Notes under the pieces: model-generated
The model's input: only the letters and a program-made list of their open reading frames with translations
Told to the model about the DNA's origin: nothing
Databases searched by the model: none
Shown here: positions 25,495 to 42,500 of the stretch, one piece after another
Numbering within the stretch: the stretch's first letter is position 1
Layout: every line of letters begins with the position of its first letter
Program-made: the position numbers and the translations under genes
Origin: the human T2T-CHM13v2.0 reference genome, Homo sapiens
Assembly: GCF_009914755.1 (NCBI RefSeq)
Contig: NC_060927.1
Reading direction: 5' to 3' (one strand)
Length of the DNA stretch: 64,000 nt

Positions 25495-25980
25495 AGAATA
25501 CAATACGTTGTTGTTAACTATAGTCACCATGCTGTACAAGATCCCTGAACTTATGCCTCCTAACTGAAATTTTGTATTCTTTGACACATCTGCCCAGTCC
25601 CTCTCCTCCCAGCCCATGGTAACCAGCATTTGACTCTTTACTTGTATAAGGGCAGCTTTTATAGGTTCCACATGTAAGTGAGATCATGCAGTGTTTGTCT
25701 TTCTGTGCCTGGCTTATTTCACTCAGCATAATGTGCACCGGGTTCACCCATGTTTTCATAAATGACAAGATTTCCTCCTTTTTTAAGGCTGAATGGTACT
25801 CTGTTATGTATATGCACCACATTTCCTCTATCCGTTCATCTATCAGTGGACACCAAGCTGCTTCCATATCTTGGCTATTGTGAACAGTGCTGCAGTGAAC
25901 TGGGAAAGCAGACGTCTCTTGAACATACTGATTTCATTTCCCTTTGATGTATACCCAGTAGTGGGGTTTCTGGATCCATA
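25495..25980 (-). mobile_element. Antisense L1 (MA-like) 3' fragment forming most of the PARP3 3'UTR
   Basis: catgtaagtgagatcatgcagtgtttgtctttctgtgcctggcttatttcactcagcataatg is typical antisense L1 3'UTR. Confidence 0.85.
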
Positions 25981-26579
25981 TCACCCCTTCTTGCCAGGCT
26001 CCCCTGTGTCCCAGACATCGATCCCCCTTCCCTCCAATCCCTGTTAGCCTTGATGTGTCTGTGGCCCCAGAGTCTTGCCTCCTAAAGTGATGGGTGTGGT
26101 ACGGGCGTATTACAGGGACACAGATGCAGCAGCTTACTCAAGGGGCACAGCTGAGAGTGGCTTGGATCCCACATCCACCCAGGCCGTCCATCCTGGCCTG
26201 GACTGCATGTTGGAGCCATGTGGTCACCAAGGTAGGCTAAACTGCAGGCATGTGCAAGCAGCTTTACTAAACATGGTATTCTCTTGCCCCAGCCTCTGCC
26301 TGTCTGTGCCACAACTGTGCTGGGCCTGGGCCTCCAGCCACACTCCAGGGAGCGAGCGCTCACATGGGTTGATGTGGATCATGCACATACTCCTTGCCCC
26401 TCCTGGTCCATCACTGCAACAACCTGCTTCCTCTAATTGAGCCTTCAAGGGGGACCCCCACTGTCTACTCAGAACTATTTGTCATCTGGGGACCCACCTG
26501 GTGATTCTGTCCTTTATCCCAGACATTGCCAGGTGAATCAAGCATTCTTCATGTCTTGGCACCAAACATCCCTTTGTGT

Positions 26580-26954
<375 letters not shown>

Positions 26955-27039
26955 TGAAAGGAGGCTGTTCAGGCAGGAATGCCAGTGATCACCAGGCAGG
27001 TCATCCTATCCACAGACAAAGGGTGCCATTGCTGGAGGA

Positions 27040-28800
27040 GGCCAACATCCAGGCTAGGGTTGCACATTGCATTTAGTTGTTGTGTCTCTTTAGTCTCCTT
27101 TAATCTGAAAACACTCCTCAGCCTTTTTTTTATTTTATAACTTTGACATTCTTGACACTCTTGAAGAATACAGGCCAGTTGTTTTATAGAATGTCTATCA
27201 GTTTAGGTTTCTCTGATGCTTTGTCGTGATTAGATTTAGGTATTGCATGGGCAGGAATGTGACATAAATGATATGCCCTAGGGAATTCCATCTGTAGGGG
27301 CATGGCCCATTCTTGGTGATGTTAATTAATTTTAATCATCCATTAAGGTGATGTCCGCCATGTTTCTCCACGGTGAAGCTACCATTTCTCCCCTTTGTAA
27401 TTAATCAATAATCTGTGGGGAAATATTGTTGGGTGTAAATGTCCCTTTCCTCATCACCTTTCACCCACTAGCTTTATCCATCGATGATAACTTAACTGAA
27501 ATCAACTACCTGAATCAATTTTTGCTAAGATAGTTGCAAATGGTAGTTATCTAACTCCATCATTTCTTTTATCTGTATTAGTTTCTGTCTTTATTATCAG
27601 TGTAGACTCATGGATTTTTATTTTATTCAGTGAGTTATAATCCATTACTGTCCTCAATTATTTTGATCCTCAAATTGTCCCAGATTTGGCCAGCAGAAGG
27701 TCCCTTCCGTGTCCCGATCATTTTTTGAGCACATCCTTTCTCTCTGGCATCACAAGATGTTCCAGGTTCATCTCGTACGAACCGGGAATCAGCCATTTCT
27801 CCAAGGAGCCCTGGTTTCCTGGAGCAGGAAATGTTTAGAATCCAAGATCTGGGCAATAGATGTGCTCCTTGGTACTGAGGTGTCATTGCTTTTAAGTCCT
27901 TCCAGCAAAGAGAGCTAAGGAATGTGTCTATGTGGCTGGGCGCAGGAGCTCTCACCTGTAATCCCAGCACTTTGGGAGGTCAAAGCCGGAGGATCTCTTG
28001 AGCCCAAGAGTTCAAGGCTGCAGTGAGTTATGATTGCAACACTACATTCCAGCCTGGATGACAGACTGAGACCCTGTCTCTAAAAAAATAAAAAAGGAAA
28101 AAAAAGGGGGGAGACAGAATATGTATGTGTGAATAAATAGCAAACACATCTCTCTATATCTATTTCTCCAGTTCCAGTCAAACACCACAGAGTTCTTCCA
28201 TTCTTCCCCAATTCCCTATTTCCTCGATTCTTAAACAGTAAGAACCTGGGTTTCTATCAACATCAATATATCTACTTATTTGCTCAATCCTGCACAAAAA
28301 GGAGTTTCAGAATTGCCATACCCATACCCTGTGAAAAACAAACATTCTAAATAGAGCTCAAGATGTATCTGATCTTACTCAGTATTTTTTTTTTTTGTCG
28401 TTAGATTGAGGGTCCATGGTCAAAGTAACAGTTTGAATACACGTTCAGATGTTACTTGGATTGGTTCTTTCTCTTCAGTGTGGTTATTTTATTCGTCTGA
28501 AATACAGGTAGGCTCAGTCATTTCTGTCTACATTCTTCTTTGTTACTTTATTGTTTTCAATATGTAGAACATTAACATAGTTCCAAAAGGTCCACTCTAT
28601 GCAAGCTGTGCTCAGAAGAGTCCTTCTATCCCCCACACTCCATTCCTACTCACCTGCTGGAGGGAGCCAGTTTCATTAGTTTCTGGCATATCCTTCCTGT
28701 GTTTTTTTTTTTTATTTTGTTTTGTTTTTTGGAAATTTTGCAATACACATACACACATACACATGCTAAGGAAGTGTTTTAATTTTTTATTTATATTAAT
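27040..28800 (-). mobile_element. Old antisense L1 fragments, with a partial sense Alu at 27934-28104
   Basis: T-rich L1M-type 3' sequence (tgcatttagttg..tgtctctttagtctcctttaatctg). Confidence 0.65.
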
Positions 28801-29455
28801 GATGTCGAAGGGAGCATGAACTCTGCAACCCACCACAGTCCCCACCCCTCCCTATCGCGTTCCCCAGTCCACTTTTCTCATTTGCTGTTCCCACTTGGCC
28901 CCACCGAGCTCTCTCCAGGCTCTGGTAACTCAGGGGCTGCCCCAGGCCTACAGGGCTGCCTGGGTAAGGACCAAAACTTCAAAAATCCATCTTCACCTCC
29001 TAGAGGCAAATGCCCAAATTCAAGTTGTAGCCAAGGACAGGAAGGGACAGCTGTGTGGACAGAGCTCTAGGAAGCAAAACTCAGCTGTGTGACCTGGGAC
29101 CCATTTCTCCACTCTACTTTTCTCATCTGAATAATGGAGAACTGCGCTGGAGCCCTTTGAATTCCAGCACAAAATCAGTTAAACCAGGAGGTCCATGTCC
29201 TGTCTTCACCATCTAGATCTGCAGCAATGCTGACCGTGTGTCTGTGAGGGGTGCTAGGGCCACAGGCACAAGTGAGGCTCAGATGAGGTCCCTGCTGTCA
29301 TGGAGCTTACATTCTAGTAAAGCAGGCTCTAAGCAAATGTATGCATAAATATGAAATACCACAGCAGGTAGGGAAAGTGCCGGGAAGAAAAATAAAGCAG
29401 GATAAAAGGATTTGAGTGATGGGAAGGTGGAACAATTTTAGAAAAGATGGTCGCA

Positions 29456-30083
<628 letters not shown>

Positions 30084-30454
30084 CTAGAGCAGAGACCTGA
30101 ATCATGTGAGGGAGCAAGCCATGGACAGATCTGCAGCAAGGGTGTTCTTGCAATGGAAACAGCAAATGCAAAGAAACTGGCTTGATGGGCGGAAGGAACA
30201 GCAAGCAGACTGCTGTGGCTAGAAATACTGTGGGCAAGGAGGAGGGTGAGCTCAGAAAGGGATGGAAAAGGTAGATAAAAGGGCCTAGCTCCCTTTTATC
30301 TGCCTTTTTTTTTTTTAGTTCCAGAGGAGCTGAGATTCTATTCTCATCTATTCTGATGATGGGAAGCTCTTGGAGGGATGAGAGCTGGGTCATGCCCCCA
30401 TCTGCTTTGTTTTTAGCGGGATCCACTTCAGCCCCTGTGTAGAGAGTGGACTAT

Positions 30455-30912
30455 AGAGTATACGTCAGTTAACAACCAGTCAGCAAAACAGAAATTACCC
30501 TAGGTATTTCAGACAAGGGAAATTTGATACAGGGAAAGAATTGAATGACCAAATGGGGGATGATGAGGCAATCCAAAGATGAGCAACAGCCGGAAGTCAC
30601 TACTACTCTTAAGACTGGAGAGATAAAGGAAGTGAATGGTGCTCTGATGCCAAGAGGCTAGGATCACCCTGCAGGAGCCAGAACCACAGAGGGGGCCACC
30701 TGAAGGGAGCCCCTGGCTGAGCTTCAGAGGGAAATAAATCCTGGCTTCTTCCCTCCTCCCATCTGCCAGTCTTCTGCTGGTAACTTTCATTGGCTGAACA
30801 TACCCAAAGTCAGTTGACAAAGGAGCCTGGGAAATACAGTTCCCAGGAAGGCAGTATAGCACTGGGGAAGAAGGGAATGAATCTGAGGGCAAACAGGCAG
30901 ATGGCCAGCACA
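30455..30912 (-). mobile_element. ERVL-class solo LTR (LTR33-like)
   Basis: Minus strand begins TGTGCTGGCCATCTGCCTGTTTGCCC; interrupts L2-like flanks. Confidence 0.5.
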
Positions 30913-31510
30913 AGGTGCAGGAGCTGAGGCCGGGAGACCAGTTAGAAGGATGCTGAAATGGTCCAGGTGAGAGGTGGTGGTAGCTGGGACCAGCTTGATG
31001 GTGATGGTGAGAAATGGCAGGATTCCAGAGACCTCAGCGGACTGGATATAGGGCGTGGGGGAGAGGGAATCATCCTGAGATGGACACTAAGATGGAGAAG
31101 ATTCTGGGAGGAGCAGGTTGTCGGGGAGGGATCAAGAGTCATGGTTCTGTTTTGGACATAGGAAGTTTGAGATACCCATTAGTGAAAGTCCTGGTGGGGA
31201 AATGTTGAAAAGGCAGCTGGATACCCGTGAAAAGAGGAAGAGGCTTCAGATACAAATGCAAGCTATCAGACTATAGATAGGGTTTTGCCATGAAACTGGG
31301 TGACTTTGCCTGGGGGCATATGCCCCACGGGAGTTACATGGCTTTCCATGAGCCAACGACATTGGGGTGGGGAACCCTGACATTCACTGATTAGTCAAGA
31401 CTGGGTTTTGTGCCTAATCAGGAAAATAGAGTGTGGGGATCTTGTTCACCCAAATTTCCTGTCCTGAGAATTGGGGAGGGGTGGTTTCCTAAAGAAAATT
31501 CAGGGTGTTT

Positions 31511-31782
<272 letters not shown>

Positions 31783-32571
31783 TCACTCATCTCACACACT
31801 ATCATGGAGCACCTATTCTCTATGAAGTTAATATTAGCTGAGCACCTACTATGTGCCACGTTCTATGCTTTTCTCTCACTTTTCCAGCCTCCTTTCTTTC
31901 TGAGAGAACTAGCCCTCTTGGGGGGCCAGGGCATGCCTAAGGGTCCTCCTGCTTCAGCTTTTGTCTCACTGGTACCTCAGTTTCCCTTTAATATGAGAGC
32001 TAAATGCTCATCCCATTGATGAGGATGGGGCAGGACAGGAGATGGGGGGGGCACTTCTCACCACTGAGAAAGGTAGAGCAGGCTCTGGCTGACTCCAAAG
32101 CCCACACTCTAACCCTCTCAAGTCTAGGCTCCAAGTCTGTGCCTGCTCTGTCCTCCACCCCTCCACCCTAGAGGCACCCCCAAGCACTTCCACAGCAGAG
32201 CCTCCAGCCTTCAGCTGGCAGCTGCTAGGACCCAGGGGGCTGGCGCCAGGCCCTGCCCCTCCCTTGCCAGCCGTGTGTGGCAACATCAGAGTGACAGCCA
32301 GTACCATCTCCGACAGGGGCTGAGTTGCTGGAGCTGGGCTGGGGCAGGGGAGAAAGACAGCAGACTCATCCTTGCACCCCTCCATGGGCCTGGCCAAGCC
32401 CCCAAGAGGATGGCAGCCTGGGCGTCGGAGCCACCTCCTGGGCAGCCAATGAGGTGAGGGGCCGGAGGAGCAAGGGACAAGAGGAGCAGAGGACAGGTGA
32501 TGGAAATCCTGCAGCTTTAGGCTCCATTCTGCCATCTACATCCCAGCGCAGGGTGAAGCCTGAGAGCCCAA

Positions 32572-33678
32572 ATGGCCAACTCCACAGGGCTGAACGCCTC
32601 AGAAGTCGCAGGCTCGTTGGGGTTGATCCTGGCAGCTGTCGTGGAGGTGGGGGCACTGCTGGGCAACGGCGCGCTGCTGGTCGTGGTGCTGCGCACGCCG
32701 GGACTGCGCGACGCGCTCTACCTGGCGCACCTGTGCGTCGTGGACCTGCTGGCGGCCGCCTCCATCATGCCGCTGGGCCTGCTGGCCGCACCGCCGCCCG
32801 GGCTGGGCCGCGTGCGCCTGGGCCCCGCGCCATGCCGCGCCGCTCGCTTCCTCTCCGCCGCTCTGCTGCCGGCCTGCACGCTCGGGGTGGCCGCACTTGG
32901 CCTGGCACGCTACCGCCTCATCGTGCACCCGCTGCGGCCAGGCTCGCGGCCGCCGCCTGTGCTCGTGCTCACCGCCGTGTGGGCCGCGGCGGGACTGCTG
33001 GGCGCGCTCTCCCTGCTCGGCCCGCCGCCCGCACCGCCCCCTGCTCCTGCTCGCTGCTCGGTCCTGGCTGGGGGCCTCGGGCCCTTCCGGCCGCTCTGGG
33101 CCCTGCTGGCCTTCGCGCTGCCCGCCCTCCTGCTGCTCGGCGCCTACGGCGGCATCTTCGTGGTGGCGCGTCGCGCTGCCCTGAGGCCCCCACGGCCGGC
33201 GCGCGGGTCCCGACTCCGCTCGGACTCTCTGGATAGCCGCCTTTCCATCTTGCCGCCGCTCCGGCCTCGCCTGCCCGGGGGCAAGGCGGCCCTGGCCCCA
33301 GCGCTGGCCGTGGGCCAATTTGCAGCCTGCTGGCTGCCTTATGGCTGCGCGTGCCTGGCGCCCGCAGCGCGGGCCGCGGAAGCCGAAGCGGCTGTCACCT
33401 GGGTCGCCTACTCGGCCTTCGCGGCTCACCCCTTCCTGTACGGGCTGCTGCAGCGCCCCGTGCGCTTGGCACTGGGCCGCCTCTCTCGCCGTGCACTGCC
33501 TGGACCTGTGCGGGCCTGCACTCCGCAAGCCTGGCACCCGCGGGCACTCTTGCAATGCCTCCAGAGACCCCCAGAGGGCCCTGCCGTAGGCCCTTCTGAG
33601 GCTCCAGAACAGACCCCCGAGTTGGCAGGAGGGCGGAGCCCCGCATACCAGGGGCCACCTGAGAGTTCTCTCTCCTGA
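32572..33678 (+). CDS. GPR62: Orphan class A G-protein-coupled receptor 62, 368 aa, intronless CDS
   Basis: Single ORF MANSTGLNASEV...; N-terminal N-glycosylation sequons, seven hydrophobic segments, GN in TM1, LxxxD in TM2, ARY in TM3, CWLP in TM6, HPFLY in TM7. Confidence 0.97.
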   Translation: MANSTGLNASEVAGSLGLILAAVVEVGALLGNGALLVVVLRTPGLRDALYLAHLCVVDLLAAASIMPLGLLAAPPPGLGRVRLGPAPCRAARFLSAALLPACTLGVAALGLARYRLIVHPLRPGSRPPPVLVLTAVWAAAGLLGALSLLGPPPAPPPAPARCSVLAGGLGPFRPLWALLAFALPALLLLGAYGGIFVVARRAALRPPRPARGSRLRSDSLDSRLSILPPLRPRLPGGKAALAPALAVGQFAACWLPYGCACLAPAARAAEAEAAVTWVAYSAFAAHPFLYGLLQRPVRLALGRLSRRALPGPVRACTPQAWHPRALLQCLQRPPEGPAVGPSEAPEQTPELAGGRSPAYQGPPESSLS

Positions 33679-34391
33679 GCAGGAGAAAGGAGGGTGGTTT
33701 CCGTGGGGGCTCATCCAACCCCTGCACAGGTCACAGCAGGTGCCCTGCTGGATATCTGGGTCTGGAACAGGAGGAGAAAGGGTGTCTGCTGCCTGGTGAG
33801 GCCCACGGACTTCTGAGAGCCAGGAATCCTGCCGTCTGGGCCCAACACTGCATAGCACTGTGCATAGGCCGACCCTTCCTTAGGCCTCAGCTTTCCCATC
33901 TGCACCCTGCAGCATCTCTAAGGGCCCCTCCAGCATAGGTGGTTTGTGAAACTCACAGGTGGTCCCCAGGCCAAGATGGGCAGGTGTCACAAAGAAGAGG
34001 GCCCTAAGGGCTCACAACCAAAGTGATCCGCCAAGCAGGGCAGTATCTGGGTTACAGCCACAGCAGGAAGAACCACTGGAGAGACACTCAGAAGGACTTC
34101 CCTGACATCTGCACCAAGGAGAGTCTGGACAAAGCTACTGAAACTCCTCCACCTGCTTCTAAAATGCCCAGAAGACAACTGGACCAGTTTGGTATTAGAA
34201 GTAGGAGGCTGGACGACTTCACCCCCAAAGGGTCCTGAAGCCCCAGAACTGGCATGTGGAAGGGGCTGAGGCCTAATTGAGGTTGGTGGATTCACACATG
34301 GGGGTCCTCCAGGACCTCAGCTGCACCCATTTTCTGGAGGTTTTGCTGCCCACAACACCAGTATTTCACAACTTCCTGGTCGCTGAGAATA

Positions 34392-34397
34392 TTTATT
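34392..34397 (-). terminator. PCBP4: PCBP4 polyadenylation signal (AATAAA)
   Basis: tttatt on + strand, about 580 nt past the PCBP4 stop; GT-rich sequence follows on the minus strand. Confidence 0.8.
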
Positions 34398-34979
34398 CAA
34401 AAACAGGGATTGAAAAAACTGTACAGAGTGTCTGCTGCTGAGAACTGGGCCCCTGCCCCATGCCACTCCCCCAGCTACCTGGCAGTGCCCCCTCTTTGGG
34501 GTGCCCCCTGACAAGCCCAGCCAGTTCATTCCAGTCAAAAGGGTATCAGTGGAAGCAGCAAGAAATCTGCAGGTGGTGGGGAGAGAAGCCTGGCCCCAGC
34601 TACCCAACGGGCCCTCCTCCCTGACTCCCACAAGGATGCAGTAGGCCAGGAAGCCCTAAGGGATGGGGAGTGCGTGAGTGACACCCGCCATGGTGGGGGC
34701 ACTAGGGAGTCTCCTGGCTGCTCCCTGTATCCAAGCACAGAGCTGAGGAGGTAGGGCCCCCTGCCCTGGGGCTGCCGCAGCTCAGACCCCTGGGCCAGAA
34801 ACTGCCCCCACTCTGAGAGAAAGAACTCCCATAGATGGAGGCAGGGTAGGGGGTGCATCCATGCGTCTGGGCGTTAGCGGCGTTTGGGACCCCAGGGTGG
34901 AGTCTCCTTGGGCGGGTAGGGTGCAGAGGCAGCCCCCTGCTGGTGGTCCTGCCTGCCCCTGCCTGTACCTCAGCTGGCC

Positions 34980-38309
<3,330 letters not shown>

Positions 38310-38859
38310 TCAAACTCCCAGAGGAAAGAGACTGCATGGACCTTGAGCGCCACACATCACTCTGACCAGGGTGCTTATGTGTGTCTCACGAGCTGTGTAA
38401 GCCTGGGGAGCCCATTCAACCCTCTGAGCCTCAGCTTCTCCATCTGTAGAAGGGGATACAAATTCCCATCTCCAAAGAGTGATGAGAATTAAAACAATAA
38501 GCACATACATGGTAGGTACCTAGCCTTTCCCTTACCCTGAGACACTAAAAGAAATAATTAACTAGGAAGCCTATGGGAGTCAGGAGGAGAGCCTCCTCCC
38601 TGACCTCTTGGAAGAGGTAACCTCTGTGGATGGGGCCCTGAAGGTGGAGTTCAGGCTGAAAGCTTACTCCATATGAGAGGCACTTTCGTCCAGCAGCCAG
38701 ATGGTGGATGGAGCACAGAAGAGCAGCTGGGGAGGAAGCTGGAGCAGCCATGGGAAGCCTTGAAGGCAGGGAGGCCTCGGGTGTGGTCAGGTCTTGCCAC
38801 TGCCTGGTAAAGGCTTGAGGCAGGGGTTGAGGGGGGAATTGAGGCACACTCCCACCTAC

Positions 38860-39007
38860 CAAAAGTCACTAGGGCAGAAGCTCACTACAGACACCTCTGG
38901 GCAGGGTTCATTCAGCACTGGGCTGCAGTGGGTGGGGCACAGCGTGTCAGGGGACTGGCAGTTCTGCACGTTGGTTTCCAATCTCTCTTCTATGTGCTGG
39001 AAATGGC
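38860..39007 (-). other. PCBP4: Probable PCBP4 5'UTR cassette exon (148 nt)
   Basis: Acceptor CTGTTCCCAAG| at 39007, donor TTG|GTAGGT at 38860. Confidence 0.6.
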
Positions 39008-42000
39008 CTTGGGAACAGGAGGTAAGAAGTGTCCAGGCTGGCCACATTCCCAGCCTGGAACACTTTCTACTGTACCAGAAACAAGTCACTTGGGCTCTGA
39101 GTCTCAATTTCCTCACTTATAAAATGGAGGGAATACCTCTCCCTGGGACTGCGTGATGGGTAAGAAAAGGATTTGGTGGGCTGCGGGAATGTCAAGGCCA
39201 TTAACTGATGGAGGAAGGTGGAGCCTGAGATTAGCTGCTGGGATTAGCTCAGTGGCCAGCCCTCCCCACCCGACCCTTTTTCATGCCCCGACTTAATCCT
39301 CAACCTTAATCCTGCTTGGAAATCCCTCTCCTTAGGCGTCTGTCTCCTGCCAAGGCTCAGCCTTGATGGGGAGCTCACTGGGGGACCAGAACCCTATGGG
39401 GAAAACAGGGAGTGGGACCAACTGGTGCTAAGTCTGGGCCAAGACCAAGCCCTAACACTGCAAATTCCTCATGCCCAGGAGGGTGTGGGGATGAAGGATG
39501 AGTGTGCTGAGCTTGGAACACTCCAGAAGTCTCTGGGCGCCTTCCTCCTCAGCCCCCTGCCCCATCCCAACATGACAGGAAAGGGCATGGAGTTCTGTCC
39601 AACGCCCTCTTCTGAACTCCCCTTGCTAGACAGAGCTTGAGCACGGAAGGTGAAAGGGGCTCCCAGCCTGGCTCCTTCTCAGAAGTCCCAGCAAGCCACC
39701 GTATGGCATAAGGTCTTTGTTTCCTCACCTATCCAACGGAGGTGACACCCTGCTCCCCTGGGTGCAGCTGCTCCTCCTTCCATTTGAGTTCTGCCACAGG
39801 GACTCCAGAGGCTGGAGATGAGCAGTGGATGCAGGGACTGTGCTCTCCGAGCATCCTGGCCAGCCTCATGCTGGCTGCCCTTGCTAGACATTCCCCCAGC
39901 TGCCTGCACTTCCCCCATCAAAGCACTTGTGATGACGTGCTTGGTTTCTGCTTCTCTGGACAGCCAAGCCCAGGAGCCCCTTGGAGCAGGAGCCAAGGCT
40001 GCTGCCTTCTCCTTATGTCCCCAGGGCTCAGTTCAGAGCCAGGCCAGAGAAGGTGCTCAGAACATACTGAGCTCAGCTGGAACTCAGCTAACATACTGGT
40101 TAGCTGAGCAGATGAATTCACTACACAGGAGAACCTGATGCCTGGAGAGGATCAGTAACCTGCCCAAGGTCACAGAGAGGTGGGACACAGTGGGACTAGC
40201 ATTGCTAGTGTGAGGCTATCCAAAGCCCCATCTGCCTCCCCTTTCAGGCTGCTCCTGTCTGGATCTGTTAGTCCTCTTCCTGGAGGGCGGGCTCCTTCGA
40301 AAGTGGGGATTGGGCTTCAGTCGTCTCTGAGACCTTTGCCTAGCTAGAAGACAGGGATCCTATTTGGAAAGGACTGACAACTTGTCCAGAGCCTCGGTCT
40401 TAAGTTCCAAAATTTTCTGGGGTTCAAGGACCCCCTTGGGATGGTAACCAGTGGGAGACCTGACATTGTCCCCAAACCATCTCCACATGACCTCTTGTGG
40501 CTCCAGGAAAAATGGGGCAGGAGGGCTGGAACATGGCCAGAACTAGAGCTTCTGCCATGAAAAGATGCCTGGGTCTCCAGCAGAGACCCACCGCCCCAAG
40601 TCCAGTGGGTAACTTTGGCCAGGTCTTCACCTGACCTAAACCCACCTGTATTGTGTTTAGGGGCTGGGGGTAGGGAGAGAGTTGCTGGTCTATCTGCGCC
40701 CTTCCTGGTCTGAGAGACTCTCAAGGTCTTTCCCATCTTTAGGCAAGAACAAGGGGTTCTGACCCATGTCTTCCAAATTATTCTCCTAGGGCCCAAGGAA
40801 CGAGCAGCCCCATGAGGCATCACTGGCTCCCCCTGCCCTCAGTGGGGCTCTAGGGAGTCATTTGCTGCTCCAGCCGGGTGGGCCCTGGGTCTTTGCCGGG
40901 CCACCCACGTGGCAGCCACACAACATGCCACAGTGACCTCCAGCTCACCTCCGCGGGTGCCCAGCCCCCTCTGGTCAGCAGGGCTCCCTGGCAGGGCATA
41001 CCAAGCTCACACCAGGCCTCTGACCTCGGGCATTCCCTCCTGACTCCCAGGCCCCCTCCCCAGCCCCAGTGCCCACTCCTCCTGTCCCTGGCTTTCTGCC
41101 ACTCAGGCTGGAGGAGGCGGGGGGGTGACAGCTGTGTAAGCGATGGTGGCTGCCCCCTTCCTGCCCCTCCCCCCCAGCTGTCTCTCTCCCATGACAGCTG
41201 CCCAATCAAAGGGCTGGGGGCTTAGCCAGCTCACCCCACATGCAGGGATCAAGTGTCCACCCTGCCTTTGTTCTGGAGCAAGAACAATCCGGGGGAGGGG
41301 AGGGCTCCTGGGGCCAGGCGATTCAAGTAGACTGGCCCGCCCCTTGGGGGATTCCCTCCGCTCTGCTGGCCAGAATGTCTGGACCAGCTAGGGCCTGTGG
41401 ACCCACCTGGGCTTCACTCTCCATCTCACATCCCCCCACATCCTCTCAGCACCCCCAGCTCCCCACCTAGCAGCCCCCTTCTCCTATTCCCACTCCCAAA
41501 GCAGCCATGCTAGCCACACCCAGTGATGCTGGGGAATGGCTCGGAGCATCCAGGGAGGCAGGGTGTGGTGGGGGTGGACCCTGGGCCACAGCACGTCTGC
41601 ATCGAGGGCTCCTAACTCTCCTGCCCAATCCCTTCTCTGGAGATGCTCACTCTCCTAACTAGCCAGGCCTTCATAAGAACTGCCCCAGCATCTTGGACAC
41701 ATGTGCCCAGCCTCTTGGCCTCCCAGCCTCCCGGGATAGCCAATCATCTACAGTTGGGAGAGGAGGAGGGGAGTGGGAAGCCTCAGGTGAGCATCCTGGG
41801 GTCCACAAGTTCCAGCCTCTGGCTTCTTGATTCAGATCTGCCACATAGACAAAGTGCCAGGAAGGGAAAGGCAGCTCTGACAAGTTGGCAGGTGCCAGAA
41901 ATGCTACAGCTTCCATACACCATCATTAGGCAGCCCCCAGGAGTCTTCGGAACCAAGGGAAACCAAGTCAAGCCCGGGCCCAGGCTGGGCTCCAGGAGAA

Positions 42001-42049
42001 AGGCCACAGCCTCATGGTACCCATCCCCTCACTCTCTCATCTACATTGA

Positions 42050-42500
42050 GAAAGGCCTCTAGCTTCCAATCTCCATGCTGAAAACTGTATGCTTACTCTG
42101 CTGCTCAACAGCCACCCATGGCTGCCCAGTCCCCAAAGAATAAAGCCTGAACTCCACAGACAGGCCATCAAGGACCTTCATGATCCAGCCCCTGTCTCTC
42201 TTGTCTCATCTCCACCCCATCCTTCACACATGCCAGGCTGCAGAACACACTTAGCACCTCCAGCCCTTCGGGCCTTTCTCCAGGCTTACCTCAGCTCAAA
42301 ACGCCCATCCTCCCCACTCTCTGTCAAAATCCTTCTCAAACGCCACCTCCTCTGTGAAGCCCTCCCCAGGCTTCCAAGTCAGATGTGATCACTCAGGCCT
42401 CTGTGCCCCTCAAAGATGTTGCTGCAACTCAAAGAAGTCCCCGCTGGGCATTTCTGAGCCTGTCTTTCCACTATACACAGAGCTCCAGAAAGAGGAAATT
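42050..42500 (+). mobile_element. L2 fragment
   Basis: ggctgccca..ccc..agaataaagcc..aactcc, cacctcctctgtgaagccct. Confidence 0.55.

Noticed and set aside
32599-33858. 419-aa antisense ORF and 303-aa alternative-frame ORF over GPR62
   Set aside because: Expected from extreme GC content and codon bias of the real CDS; low-complexity translation with no recognisable domain.
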